A DNA stretch of 64,000 nt from Pelagomonas calceolata. Taxonomy: Eukaryota. The stretch is taken from NCBI GenBank assembly GCA_918797485.1, contig CAKKNE010000003.1:3968001-4032000 (forward strand), given 5' to 3'. A model generated the notes under the pieces. It was given only the letters and a program-made list of their open reading frames with translations, was not told where the DNA came from and did no database searches. Of the stretch, positions 33,001 to 44,818 are shown one piece after another. The position numbers and the translations under genes are program-made. How positions within the stretch are numbered: position 1 is the stretch's first letter; every line of letters begins with the position of its first letter.

Positions 33001-34133
33001 TCGTCCACCGGCGACGCGCGGCGTTTTGAGGCGTTGCGGCGCCTTCACGTTGTTGCTGGGACTCGTATCATGTTGTGGGTCGTTTCTTTGTCGAATTTGA
33101 GTGAATTCGGACCGCGTCGGGGCCGTCGCGGCGCGTCGGAGAGACCGCATTCATGAAGATGGCGTCTTCACGAGACCGCGGCGCCTCCACGCCGTCGTCG
33201 TGATCCCACGAGGGTCTCCGTGGTCCTCAGGACGCCGTCGACGCGCTGCCACGTCGGACCGCGTCGAGCGACCGCGATGCTCCGCGCAGGTCGCCGAAGA
33301 AAGGCTTATTTGGGACGCCGTTTCTCGCACGCGTCGCCTCTGATAGGTCGTGTCGCGCGCTGAAGCGGGCCGTGCTGCGACAGGCCTCTCTCTATGGTTA
33401 TGAGGGCTCCGTCTCCGTGATATCGCGGGACTCGTTGTCAGACGTTGATATTGACCTCGACGCGTCCGATTCGTGCCGCTGCCTCGCAGATAGATTTTAC
33501 ATAGCGTTGAATTGGGACTCGTCTTCTACCTACCGGGAGCCCCTCTCTTTGCAGAAATTGCCACCGGTACCGACAAGTCCGAGGCACTACGACCTCGCGT
33601 CCTGTCTACAATCATTTTCAAGAGAAGAAACGCTGTCTCAAAATGATTCGTGGCGCTGCCCGCGATGCAAGAAGTCTGTGGAGGCTACTTCCTCAATAGG
33701 TTTGTGGCGCACGCCTGATGTATTAGTTATTCATTTGAAGCGGTTCCTGTGCACCGCGCGCTGGCGAGAAAAGTTGCGGACGGACGTCTCGTTTCCGAGA
33801 CGAGGCTTGGACCTCTCCAAGTTCTTACCGGCGGATGCCTACGCGGTCTACGACCTGTTTGGCGTCATCAACCATCTCGGGTCACTGAGTGGTGGGCACT
33901 ATACCGCTCATGTCAAGGTGTCGCCCTGTTCGTCGTTCGGGGAGGAGGAGGCGTCTATTGCGTTTGAGGAGAGTGAGAGGTGGTTCCATGTCGATGATGA
34001 TTTGGTCGAAGCGGCCAAACCAGAGGACGTCGTCACGGACGGGGCCTACGTCCTGTTTTATAGAAGAAGGCGGCTTTCCGGAAGGTTGGTGGTCGGCCAC
34101 ACGGCGGTCGGGCCGGTGGCGGCGGGGGTGTAA
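30055..34133 (+). CDS. Ubiquitin-specific protease (DUSP, UBL, Tudor/MBT-like inserts, C19 catalytic domain); exons 30055-31815, 31998-32249, 32403-~33010, 33290-34133
   Basis: Cys box GLANLGNTCFLNAAVQCL, QQDSQEFLT|ELLDVLHED, His box NHLGSLSGGHYTA, AYVLFY; three introns restore the frame (third donor is 33011 GC or 33023 GT). Confidence 0.9.
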
Positions 34134-34449
34134 CGATATAGTTGTGTGTGTCAACTTAGAGGTATAAATAAAAAGGCGCCGCTATCCCGCGGCGGCCCCC
34201 GATGCGCTACCGTCGCCGATCTGGGATTCCGGCGTCCGGCCTGCTCCCCCCCTCGCCGTCGTCGCCTCCGGGCCAATACTCGGGGCGACGGCGTACGTGG
34301 GCGGGGGCGGGGCGGGCGTGCGGTCACGCAGCCCCCGCGGCGGCCGGGTGGCTAGGCGGCCTAGCTCTAAGCAAAGCAGAAATAAATAATTCAAGTTAAG
34401 GAAGCCTGAGGAATATCCTAAAGGAAAGGACATATATAGACGGGGTGGG

Positions 34450-35877
34450 CTAGCAGAGCTTCTTCGCGAAGAATGAAGAGCTGCCGGCGGGTGGATGACC
34501 CCGGCTGAAATCGGCGCCGCCGGCGCAGCCGGGGTCGCGATACCGGTGGATGATGTATTTACCACAACAATCGTAGCCGCCGTCGAACCTATTCGTCGGG
34601 AGGCCGTTCACGTATACCCGCGTGCGTGTTCCGGAAATGGGGATCGGCAAACCCAGAGCACAACCGAGTCCCGACTCCTCGTACCGGTCCTCGTCGAGCG
34701 CCTTCTTCCTAGTGCAGAATAAGAACGTAGTAAACACCCAATTGCACTTCGGAATGCAAAGGCAGCCGCACCAGGTGCCCGCGAGGTCCCTCGTCTCGAC
34801 CTTTTGGAAGGTCCGCTTCTGCGAGCCTGGGCGTTTTTTGTAGCCACCGCTGGCCGTTCCGCGGGCCGAGAAAGTCATGCCACCGAAGGCATTGGTGCCC
34901 GGGTCGCGCGTCCGGACCTCGCCTGCTACTATCGGCCCGAGAAAATACACCGGTTCCCCGGGCGGGCATTTACAAAATAAACAGCTCGTACTCCACGTCT
35001 CGATCACGTCGGCCCCGAGCGGGACCACGGTCATCAACCTGCAAATCTCGCAATTATCACACTTGCAGCATTCCCTACCCTCACACGGGGCCGAGTACTC
35101 GCCCGAGATCTCGCCCGTGCTCAGCAGGCGGTCGCTCCGCGGGCCGGTGTAGAGGTCCGCCGGCGCGAGCGGCGGCGGGCGGCCGGCCCACTTGTCCGGG
35201 TCGAGGCCTCCGCTCGGCAGCGTGACGCGGTAGACCGACATAAAGCCTCCAAATCGGTACACGTAATCGCCATCTACTCGCCACTCGCACTCGCCTCCGC
35301 TCGGCAGCGTGACGCCCTCGAAGTCGGCGAAGCGGGTTGCGTTCTCGGCTCTCCTCTTCGCCTCTTCCGCCGCCCTCTTCAGCGCCTCCGCCGCCGCGAG
35401 GGCTTTTTTCAGCCTCGCCACCTCATCGTCCGCCTCCGTTGCGCCTGCCTCGCCGGCAGGCTCGCGCGATTCGTATACTCCGTGCCGCTGGTAGCTCGTG
35501 TCGTCCGGGCTGGCGGACCAGGAAATGTACCAGCCCCTGATTGCAAGAATGCCACTCGACGCGCCGTTCTGCACGAGCTCGTCGACGAGCTTTACGAGGG
35601 CGACGCGCACGTCTCCCCGCATCTTGATGGGCATCGCGGGGTCGTCGTCCTTCTCGTTCCAGCGCCCGAGGGACTCGATTGAGCCGCGTGCCGTTCCCTC
35701 GTTGGCGCGCTCCATTTCCTGACCCCGCGGCGCGGCCTCCATTCCCTCGCCCACGACCACTCCCAACACCGGCGCGGGTAGTTCCTCCACTGGGCTGGCT
35801 TCCGGCTGCCCCACGACCGGCTCCAAGACTGGCAGCGCTGCGTCGCCGCGAGACGCGCGAGACGCGCGGATATCCAA
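34450..35877 (-). CDS. Hypothetical protein with Cys-rich C-terminal region; true start uncertain
   Basis: 475-aa open frame, coiled-coil segment, duplicated VTLPSGG, Cys clusters; conserved upstream motif at 35888. Confidence 0.6.
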   Translation of the reverse strand: MDIRASRASRGDAALPVLEPVVGQPEASPVEELPAPVLGVVVGEGMEAAPRGQEMERANEGTARGSIESLGRWNEKDDDPAMPIKMRGDVRVALVKLVDELVQNGASSGILAIRGWYISWSASPDDTSYQRHGVYESREPAGEAGATEADDEVARLKKALAAAEALKRAAEEAKRRAENATRFADFEGVTLPSGGECEWRVDGDYVYRFGGFMSVYRVTLPSGGLDPDKWAGRPPPLAPADLYTGPRSDRLLSTGEISGEYSAPCEGRECCKCDNCEICRLMTVVPLGADVIETWSTSCLFCKCPPGEPVYFLGPIVAGEVRTRDPGTNAFGGMTFSARGTASGGYKKRPGSQKRTFQKVETRDLAGTWCGCLCIPKCNWVFTTFLFCTRKKALDEDRYEESGLGCALGLPIPISGTRTRVYVNGLPTNRFDGGYDCCGKYIIHRYRDPGCAGGADFSRGHPPAGSSSFFAKKLC

Positions 35878-36179
35878 TTCGGCAGCTGCTAGTGCCTGGC
35901 CGCTAGCGCGGATCTCCCGTACGCAGCCAGAGATGGGGCTCCGCCCACTAGTCCTAGCACCGTAACATCGACTACAAGAGATGCCTATTATCGCCCGTCA
36001 GGCGCTACTCCAGGCGTCGGGACCGCGGCAGGCGGGGCCCCATCCGTCGCCCGCGCGGCATTTGGTACGGACCCGGTCACCCGGGACCGCTCCCGCGGCG
36101 CGTAGAGAGGCCGCCGCCCCACGCGACGACGCGAAACGGAGAGAGCAGACAATTACAAAGGGGGCGGCGCGCGCGGCGC

Positions 36180-36425
36180 CTACTGCTTGAGCCGCGGCAG
36201 CTCGGTGAGCGGCGCCAGACACAATGCCTGCTGCCAGGTCAGGCGCCGCCGCAGCGACGGGCTCAGGGCGTCGCGGTCGCGGCGCAGCGCTTCCCGGAGG
36301 AAGGCGGGCGCGCGCGACGTATGCGTGACGGCCGGCCGCATCTCCTTGTCGGCCGCGGCGTCCTGCTGCGTCGCCTTGTTCGCGTCTCTCAGCTTCTGGC
36401 GCGCGAGGGCGGCGGAGAAGCCCAT
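36180..36425 (-). CDS. Possible small hypothetical protein (81 aa)
   Basis: ATG 36425 (MGFSAALARQKLR) with coding-like composition; no recognisable motif. Confidence 0.3.
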   Translation of the reverse strand: MGFSAALARQKLRDANKATQQDAAADKEMRPAVTHTSRAPAFLREALRRDRDALSPSLRRRLTWQQALCLAPLTELPRLKQ

Positions 36426-36998
36426 GCTTTTCGTTCTTTGCTGTGTTCTGGGAAGGCTCTTCACGCCCTTGGTGCGAGTTCTTACAGGGGCTCTTGCCTT
36501 GTGTTCTGCGAGAGGCTTTTCGGAGCTTCGCGGGCGGCGCAAATGGGCTGGACGCGGTAAGGCTGCCCGGTGGGTCCTTGCCGAGGCTGTGATATGATTA
36601 CGGGGGCGCGTCTGCGTGCGCTGCGGGCGTGTTCTTAGGGGCGAAGGCCGGACACCTCTGATCGAGCCCTTTTCCCAGGAACGTTGGGTGGGGGAATGCG
36701 GCCGGTCGCGTGCGAGCCACTGTGCCGCCGGGCCTGTGTCGTTAGATGGTTGGGGCAGCCCCGGCGACGCCTCGAGGCCGCGTCGCGGCCCCGCGGTGCG
36801 CGCGGCAATAGCGGGCCAGAATGCGAGCAAGCTAGCCCCAGCTCGGTCGCGCCACGGCTCCCGTCGCCGCCGACGGGGTAGCGAGGACGCCTCCGCTCGA
36901 CGTCAATCTAAACTTGTGTCACCAATCTCGAACAGATCATCAGTCAGGGCAATTCGGCCTGCAAACGGCCTGCCAGACGCCCACACATCGCAAAAAGC

Positions 36999-37753
36999 AT
37001 GCTCCGCACTGCACTACGACGCGCGCGACCCGCGAGCAGCGTTGCGCCGCGCCGCGGCATCGCCTCAGGTCAAAATTTGCTGCAGCTGTCGACCTCGGAC
37101 CTCCAGCCGGCCCGCACCTGGGACGCCGCCGAGGCCGACGGTGTGTGCGCGGCGTCCGGAAATGCGCCGTCGCCGCCGTCGCAGCTTTTTTCAGTCGAGT
37201 TACGACGGAGTCCCGCCGGACGCGCGCGCCGAGAGCACGGAGCGCGTGGAGCGCCGTCGTCGACGCGGCCGACACACACGCCGCGCTTAGGCTTCGCCGA
37301 CGCGGCCGACACGCGCCGCGCGCAGGCTTCGCCGGCACGTCCCTCCAGCAACTGTTCCAAGGGCGGAAAGTGGTGCTGTTCGCGCTGCCCGGCGCCTTTA
37401 CCGGAGTGTGCGAGAAGGGGCACGTGCCCTCGTTCGCGAAACTCGTCAATGAATTTCAACAGAAGGGCGTCGATGAAGTAGTATGTCTCGCTATAAACGA
37501 CCCCTACTGCATGAACGGCTGGGCCAAAGCGATGCAGACGAAGGGCATCTCCTTCTACGCCGACGCCGACGAGTCCTTCACGCGGGCTGTTTCCGAGACG
37601 CGCGACTGCACTGCTGATGCCCTCGGGCCGGGGGTCCGGTCGAACCGCTACGCCTGCGTCGTGGAGGACGGCGTCGTGGGCGCGTGCTTCGTGGAAGCGG
37701 GGCCGGGGGACTTGACCGTGAGTGATGGCGCGACGCTGCTGAAGGCGCTCTAA
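36999..37753 (+). CDS. Type II peroxiredoxin (PRX5-like), probably mitochondrial; exons 36999-37140, 37326-37753
   Basis: KVVLFALPGAFTGVC..GHVP, CLAINDPY, RSNRYA; Arg-rich presequence; GT-AG intron 37141-37325. Confidence 0.9.
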
Positions 37754-37942
37754 TTGATAGTATGTCTGCTTTGCTTCTTCGACGGCGTAGAACGGGGGCA
37801 GTGCGCATTGCTGCCCTGCGCGGGCGAGTCGCTCCCCGCACGCCGGCCACAGAAATGCCACATGTGAGTTTAAAGCACACACTACAAAATTACACGCGCC
37901 GCACCACCGCGTCGGCACGACCCGCGCAGAGCTCCGGAGCAA

Positions 37943-38755
37943 TCAAACGAGCTCCAGCCCCCGCTCGGACCGATCCGAAACGCAGTCCACGAGCGACGCG
38001 AGGCAGCGACACGCCAGAATCACGAGCCAGCCCGCCACGGCCAAACCCGCGTAAGCTAACAGCGCCACGAGCCCGAACTGGCCGTACGACGCCGCACCGA
38101 TCTCCCCGCACTTTAAAGCACCAAGCAATAGAGAAGCCGTCGCCGTGCCCGCGCCGGCGTAGCCACACGCGATCACGGTCACGAACCACTTCATGTTGCC
38201 CCGGAAACCACTTCCCGCAATGCACCGCCCAAACACCCCACAATGATGGTCAAAGTCCACGACGCACCGCTGGCACGTCGCGCAGTGGTGCGCGCGACTA
38301 TCGCGCGGTCTCCAGACGTGGCAGCGGACGCAGTAGACCCTTCCATCGTCTCCGGTGATGTTCTTCCGGCCTTTAGAACTCTCCGCGAGCTGGAGCCACG
38401 TCTTGACCGATGGCGGTGTCGGCGCGCACGTCAGCTTCGACCTTTTTATGACCGCACTGTCGTCGAACATGAGGCCCAGCAAACAAATGAGCGCAATAGA
38501 AGCTTCGCCGTAGACGAGCAGAGGCAGCCACCGCCGAAAGGCGTGGTCCGGCACGCAAGACATCAACTGAACACCGGTATGCGTGCCCGCGATGCAAGCC
38601 GCAATGATGCCCAGGACCACGCCAACCCCGGTGAAGGCCTCGGTCCGTCGCTCCGCGCCGCGCTTTTGCAAGGGAGGCAGCTTGAGCCAGTCTATCCCTT
38701 CCAAAGGTGCTTCTGCGTCCATCTGGGCGTCGGAGGCGACCCTTAACAGGGCCAT
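37943..38755 (-). CDS. DHHC palmitoyltransferase
   Basis: YCVRCHVWRP..AHHCATCQRCVVDFDHHCGVFGRCI plus four TM segments. Confidence 0.92.
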   Translation of the reverse strand: MALLRVASDAQMDAEAPLEGIDWLKLPPLQKRGAERRTEAFTGVGVVLGIIAACIAGTHTGVQLMSCVPDHAFRRWLPLLVYGEASIALICLLGLMFDDSAVIKRSKLTCAPTPPSVKTWLQLAESSKGRKNITGDDGRVYCVRCHVWRPRDSRAHHCATCQRCVVDFDHHCGVFGRCIAGSGFRGNMKWFVTVIACGYAGAGTATASLLLGALKCGEIGAASYGQFGLVALLAYAGLAVAGWLVILACRCLASLVDCVSDRSERGLELV

Positions 38756-39267
38756 GGGTTCGTCGAGGGCCCGTTCCAGGAGCGTGTTGCGGCCCTTCTC
38801 GCCGGCGGTCCAGGCGCGGTAGGCCCGGCTCAGGAAAGACGCCAGGATTTGTTCGTAGATCGCGGGTCAGAGAGGTAAGCGCGGTGGTGGTGGACGGGCG
38901 CGGCGGCGGGCGTGCGGGACGGTCACGAATCTCAGACTGCGCAGGCTCCTGAGCGTAGCGCGCTGCAGAGGTGGCTGCGCGAGGGCTCGACCGTCACGAA
39001 TGTCTATCTCTGTCGAATTTTCTGCCGCGTAGCGCCGGGTTAAGCTTGTCCAAAAAGGCGTGCTCGCTAGTGTCTTACGAACGCTAGCTCGGTTTTTGGG
39101 GCGTGAGCGTGCTTTGAGGACGCAAGGGGGCTGAGCATTACTCTTTGACTCCAAACGACTAGCGTTCGAAAGCCGCACCGAGCTTCGGCAGCCGTGCACG
39201 CCCGGGGAGTCCCAAAAGCCTCACAGCCTCTCCTCCGCAGCGGGAGACGCCATCGACGCGCCAAGCC

Positions 39268-40278
39268 ATGGCCGCCCTCGAGGAGGCCTTCGGAGAAGTC
39301 ATACAACGGCAAATCACCGACGACGCCTCCTTCACCAAATGGAAGGCGTCGGCCGCGCGGCGCGAGGTCGTCGCCTTCGTGACGCGTTTAAATAACTCCT
39401 GCGTCAACAAGCCGAATCTTAGTATAGACGCGGCCCCTTTGCAAATAAGGAAGCTCATGGACGCACTACGAGCAATAGCGAAGGGCTGCGACCAGTACCT
39501 CCCGACGCCGGGCGAGGCCCGACGGTACGGCAGCCCCATGTTCCGCGACTGGCACGCCTGGCTCGTCACAACCGCACCGGGGCTCCTAGCATCCCTAGGT
39601 TCCGACAGCGCCGAGCTTGCTGCGCGTTTAGCGGCTTCATTTGGCGATAGAACGAGAATCGACTACGGTACGGGCCACGAGGCCGCCTTCGTCGTGTTTT
39701 TACTTGGTTGCTTTAAACTCCAACTCATCAATGACGACGCTATCGATAGCGGTGCCGTCGTCTGCGGCTGTTTCGCGGAATACGTAAGGACGTGTAGAGT
39801 CGTCCAACGGTGTTTTGGCTTGGAGCCGGCCGGGAGCAAGGGCGTCTGGGCGCTGGACGACTACCAGTTGCTACCTTTTTTATTTGGCTGTTCGCAGTTG
39901 GCAGACGAAGAGCACGGGTTCGGCGACGAAGATACCGGTCTACTGACAGTAAACGCGGTTGCATTGTCCCAGCGAAGCATGTTCTACGAGTGCCTGGCGT
40001 TTGTGGATGAACAGACGGGCCAGACGCCGTTAGACGTGGCCGCGCCCATCCTGTTCAATTTGACGATGCAGCCGTGGCGCGTCAATGCAAGGCGGCTGCT
40101 GCGGTTGTTTGACGAGGAGGTATTAGGTCAGAAGCCCGTCGTGCAGCACATGCTGTTCGGCGAATTGCTACGAGCGGACTGGGATTCGAACACGGGCCCG
40201 TCCGAGGAGTCGGAGCGTTTGATGAGGATGAAGGCGGTCATGGACGCCGCCAATCGGAAGCTGGGGATCGGCTCGTAA
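39268..40278 (+). CDS. PTPA: PP2A activator PTPA (Rrd1/2 family)
   Basis: RYGSPMFRDW, SFGDRTRIDYGTGHE, LEPAGSKGVWALDDYQLLPFLFG, EVLGQKPVVQH. Confidence 0.93.
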   Translation: MAALEEAFGEVIQRQITDDASFTKWKASAARREVVAFVTRLNNSCVNKPNLSIDAAPLQIRKLMDALRAIAKGCDQYLPTPGEARRYGSPMFRDWHAWLVTTAPGLLASLGSDSAELAARLAASFGDRTRIDYGTGHEAAFVVFLLGCFKLQLINDDAIDSGAVVCGCFAEYVRTCRVVQRCFGLEPAGSKGVWALDDYQLLPFLFGCSQLADEEHGFGDEDTGLLTVNAVALSQRSMFYECLAFVDEQTGQTPLDVAAPILFNLTMQPWRVNARRLLRLFDEEVLGQKPVVQHMLFGELLRADWDSNTGPSEESERLMRMKAVMDAANRKLGIGS

Positions 40279-40687
40279 GCTCTTTTTGTTTCAAGTTGCG
40301 TTTTTCGAAGTGTTTTTCGCGCGGCGCGCGTTCGTTTGGCTTTCTGTTGACACGTCCCTAATCGACCGTTGCCGTCGGCGACGAGGACGTCCTCCAAACT
40401 CTGCGGAACGTCCGTTCGACGGTTCTAAAATCATGTAAAAACCCGTGACTGAGGTGTTTTGAGCCCAGCTCAGAGCAGCTCTTGCACCGCACAGGTTGCC
40501 TGCCTGCAAGTATCACGGTGTGCAAGACACGCTAGAGTAGTGTCCGTAGCTGTCCGCGACGAATAACAACACGCGAAGACGCTGTCGCCGCGCACTCAAC
40601 AGAGAGCGCATCAGCCAGCTCAGGCTGCATTTCAAAACGACGACGTCGCTGCGCCGAATCCTCTCGTTAGCGACATCCGTCCGCGCC

Positions 40688-42226
40688 ATGACGACCGCAG
40701 TGTGGTTCCGCAAGAACCTGAGAGTGCACGACAACGCCGCACTGACACAAGCGTGCGACGCCGAAAGTGTCTTACCGCTCTACTGCCTCGACCCGGCCTG
40801 GGCGACACCCAGTATTGTGGGACCGAACCGCTGCCGCTTCTTGTTGGAGAGCCTCGAGGATCTGGACGCGACGCTTAGGACCAGGTACGGCTCTAAGTTG
40901 CACGTCGTCGTCGGAGACCCGTCGGAAACGATAACAAAGCTGATACGGGACGGCACGATCACGAAAGTCGTCTTCGAGGAAGAAATAGCCGAGCCGCGCG
41001 AGCTAGAATTGGAGAAGCGCGTCGTGGAAGCACATCCAGATGAAGCGCAAGCCGTCCCCTCGACTCACCTGCTCTACGACGCCGACGCCGCGCTAGCCAA
41101 GGGCGCGCCGCCGACGAAGATGCCGGGCATGGTCACGCTCGCTGGCAAGCTCGGCGCGCCCGCGAAGCCATTAATGGCTCCGTCTACGTTGCCTCCTCGG
41201 CCCGACGTTACGAGTCCACCATTGCCGTCCCTCGAATCGTTGGGCTACTCACCAATAACAACGAAAGCGGCCTACGGCGTGCAAGGCGGCGAGTCGACGG
41301 GCTTACAACGATTACAAGAACAAATGAAGAGAGAAAATGGCAAGTGGGCGCGCGCCTTTGAAAAACCGAAGACAACCTCCGCGTCCTTCGAGGGCGAGCC
41401 CCCCACCACACTACTAAGCCCGTACGTCGCCTTCGGCTGCGTTTCGGTAAGGACCTTCCACCAAGCGCTCAAGGAGACGTACGCCAAGGGCCCGCACGCG
41501 CAGCCGCCTACCTCACTACTAGGCCAGCTCTACTTCCGCGAGATGTCCTATTTACTAGGACGCAAACATGGTGCCCCATTCGCCGAGCAGCCGTCGGTCG
41601 TGTGCAAGGACATCGACTGGGATACTGATGAAAGTGCAGAAAAACGTTTTCAGGCCTGGGAGCGAGGCAAGACGGGCTATCCTCTTATTGATGCGGCCAT
41701 GAGGCAATTACGAGAGCAGGGGTGGTTGCACCACCTCGCGAGGCACGCGGTCTCGTGTTTCCTGACGAGAGGCGACTTCTACTGCCACTGGACCCGAGGG
41801 AGGGACGTCTTCGATAGGGACCTACTGGACGCGGACTGGGCCATCAACAACTTCAACTGGCTCGGTCTTGCTGGTGTGGCGCCCTGGTCGCCGCCGTTCT
41901 TCCGCGTCTACAACCCGTTCAACGTGGGCTCGTCTTCCTTAAACGTGCGCGACGCCGAAGGCAAGTACGTGGACCGCTTCGTGCCCGAGCTCTCAAAGCT
42001 GCCTCCGCGACACAAGTACGCGCCCTGGCTCGCGCCGAAGAGCGACTTGTCCAAGGCCGGGGTCAAATTGGGCGAGACCTACCCGCGGCCCATCGTCGAC
42101 CACAAGGCCCAGAGCAAGGCCAACATCGAGCGCTTCAAGCAGGCGCAGCGCGCCGCGAAGGAGGCTTCTACGTCGAAGAAGCGCAAGGGGCCGCCGGTCC
42201 CGGCGAAGGCCAAGAAGAGCAAGTAG
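40688..42226 (+). CDS. Cryptochrome/(6-4) photolyase family protein with basic C-terminal tail
   Basis: WFRKNLRVHDN, LSPYVAFGCVS, GKTGYPLIDAAMRQL..GWLHHLARHAVSCFLTRGD, LLDADWAIN; HH motif of the (6-4)/animal-CRY clade. Confidence 0.93.
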   Translation: MTTAVWFRKNLRVHDNAALTQACDAESVLPLYCLDPAWATPSIVGPNRCRFLLESLEDLDATLRTRYGSKLHVVVGDPSETITKLIRDGTITKVVFEEEIAEPRELELEKRVVEAHPDEAQAVPSTHLLYDADAALAKGAPPTKMPGMVTLAGKLGAPAKPLMAPSTLPPRPDVTSPPLPSLESLGYSPITTKAAYGVQGGESTGLQRLQEQMKRENGKWARAFEKPKTTSASFEGEPPTTLLSPYVAFGCVSVRTFHQALKETYAKGPHAQPPTSLLGQLYFREMSYLLGRKHGAPFAEQPSVVCKDIDWDTDESAEKRFQAWERGKTGYPLIDAAMRQLREQGWLHHLARHAVSCFLTRGDFYCHWTRGRDVFDRDLLDADWAINNFNWLGLAGVAPWSPPFFRVYNPFNVGSSSLNVRDAEGKYVDRFVPELSKLPPRHKYAPWLAPKSDLSKAGVKLGETYPRPIVDHKAQSKANIERFKQAQRAAKEASTSKKRKGPPVPAKAKKSK

Positions 42227-42610
42227 AGCGTCGTTGTATGACCCGTGTAAAGTCCTTGATTGTATGACTCTCTGTGCGAACAGAGAATGAGAGAGAGAGA
42301 GTCGCTTATTGAACCCACCCCCAGGTAGTACGGACCCCGAGCGCTTCGAATGAGCTAGCGGCCTGTAAGACACACTAGCCAGCAATTTGTGCTCTGCGCA
42401 AAGTCGGCACGCGCGCCCCGCGCCCCGACGCCGTCGTCTTGGCGCTTGCCGAGTAGCGTTACCGAGCCTGCCCGGCGCTCCCTCCGACCAACGCATCGAT
42501 TGGAGGCTGCCCACACTTTGTCCCACCGGCACGCCACCGCCGCGCCGCGGGCAGCGCGTCGCCTCGTAGAGCTACCAAGCGTCACAGCGGGCTGCCCCGC
42601 CACCACCGAG

Positions 42611-44800
42611 ATGGCCATCGTCGAGTACGACACGGGCTCGAAGGGCTTTGATGGGTTCCTCACCTTCGTGTCCATCCTCATCTTGGTCCTGTTATCAGGC
42701 CTGTTCAGTGGCCTCACATTGGGACTGCTCGGCTTGGACCTCAGTGAGCTCGAAATTGTGAAGGGGGGAGGGTCGGCGACGGAGCGGCGGCGCGCGGCGA
42801 AGGTCATGGGCATCCGCAAGGACGGCAATAGGTTGTTGTGTACGTTATTGCTGGGCAATGTGGCGGTCAACGCTCTCTTGTCCATTTTTCTGTCTGGTGT
42901 CACCTCTGGTTTAATAGGGTTCTGCGTGTCGACGGCGCTCATCGTGGTTTTTGGCGAAATCCTCCCGCAAGCGATCTGCTCGCGCCATGCGCTGAAGATC
43001 GGGGAACTGGCGCTACCGATCGTGAACGTGATCATGGTCGTGCTGGCGCCGGTCTCCGTGCCCCTGAAGACGGTGCTCGACAAGTTGTTAGGTGATAGCG
43101 TCGGTACCATACATACGAAGACGGAGATGATCCAGTACGTGAAGCTGCAGCACGAGCGCGGTCCGCGACGCGGCGTCGTGCATCGGTCGACGCTTCACGA
43201 GACCTCTCGTTCCGCGCGCAGGCGACCTCAACGAAGATGAGAGGACCATCATGCAAGGGGCCATGGATATGAAGGTGAAGACGGCGCGGGAGGTCATGAC
43301 GCCGCTCGAGGACGCGTATATGCTGGAGGAGTCGTGCAAATTATCGTTCGCCGTCGTCCGGGACATCTTCGACCACGGGTTTTCCCGAGTGCCGGTCTAC
43401 GCAAGGGAACGACAACATGTCGTCGGGTTATTATTTGTAAAAGATTTGATCTTCGTGGACCCGGAGGACGAGGTACCTCTGGCAGAGTACCTGCGGGTCT
43501 TCGAGCGGTCGATTGAGCTCGTCGACGCCGAGTCCAATTTGGATGACGTCCTGCGCATCTTCAAGCGCGGCCGCGGCCACCTCGCGCTCGTGCTGGGGCA
43601 GCCGCGGAAATCATCGATGGTCGAGGCCGACTGCCTGTCGCCCCTGCACGGCAGCGACAAGTCGTTCATCGTCGGGCTCGTTACGTTGGAAGCTGTGTGG
43701 AAATCAACCAGTGCGTCGGGTGCACAAGTCATTTCTCGGCGATGACGCGGCCGTGCTGGCTCCGTCAAGCAATGAGGAACCGGCATCGCCACGCCATCGA
43801 GCAGGCGTCGCGTCGATGGCGTGGAGGACGACGCGATGATTCAGCACGAACGCGCCGTGAACTTTTGATTTCCACACAGGTTGGAAGACATTATTGAGGA
43901 GATCTTAGGCGACGAGATCATCGACGAGACGGACGTGTACGTGGACGTCGACAACCATGTGAAAGTGGACGGCAGGAGCAAATTCGGTCGGCGGGCGGCG
44001 TCCTCCTGCGGGTGATTCAACGTGCGAGCGTCGCGGCGGCGGCGTGGGGGGTCGGACGCTGTCTCGGGGGAGCTCGCACGCTATCGACGCGACCCGTCGC
44101 GCATCTACGCCTCCCTAGAGTACGCCATCGACGCGACGCGTCCCGCGCAGATTTCACTAAATTGCGACGCCTGGACAGCGCCGTCGTCGACGCTACTCTG
44201 ACAGAGGCGGAGGTGAAGGCAATAGCTCAGCACCTCGGCGGCGAGCTCAAACAACCCGCCGACGCGTTAATGGCGCTGGTCCGGAGAGCGTCGGTCGTCG
44301 ATCACGAGCGCAGGACGCCCGAGGCCGAGCTCGACGCCGGCCGACCGCCGGAGCCCTCCGACGTCGTCTACGAGCGGGGCTTTCCCGCGAACTTCGCTAC
44401 TCTTGTACTATCGGGAAAGCTGTCAGTGAAAGCCGGCGTGGACGGGTTCCGCGCCGAGGCGGGGCCCTGGACCTTGTTAGGTGCGGGCGCGTTACGACAT
44501 GAAGACTTCGTGCCCGACTTTTCCGCTCACGTGGCCACGGACAGCGTCAGATGTGTCTACCTCTCGCACGCCGAGAAGTCGAACGCGCCGCGTCGTGCCC
44601 GCAAGGATGATATGAGGCGGTCGCCGTCGCGCGAACGGCGGCGCTTACGTAGAGACCGGCGCGTCGGCGACCGGCGGGGCGCGCGGTCGGCGCTCGGGCT
44701 GGGCCGCGAACTGGGGCGCCCGGCGGGGCGGCGGGACCCGTCGTCGCGGTCCCTGAGTTTTGATTCGCCGGTGCGCGGGACACCTCCTCCCGTAACGTGA
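42611..44800 (+). CDS. CNNM/DUF21-CBS metal transporter with C-terminal CNBH-like domain; exons 42611-43160, 43222-43684, 43880-43986, 44151-44800
   Basis: LSGLFSGLTLGLLGLD, LLCTLLLGNVAVN, FGEILPQA, GFSRVPVY; splicing gives GLVTLEDIIEEILGDEIIDETD. Confidence 0.93.
43693..43879 (+). mobile_element. Introner (non-autonomous TIR DNA transposon), 187 bp, forming CNNM intron 43685-43879
   Basis: Perfect 15-bp TIR ctgtgtggaaatcaa / ttgatttccacacag flanked by perfect 8-bp TSD gttggaag (43685-43692, 43880-43887). Confidence 0.95.
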
Positions 44801-44818
44801 ACACTAATAAATAATTAC

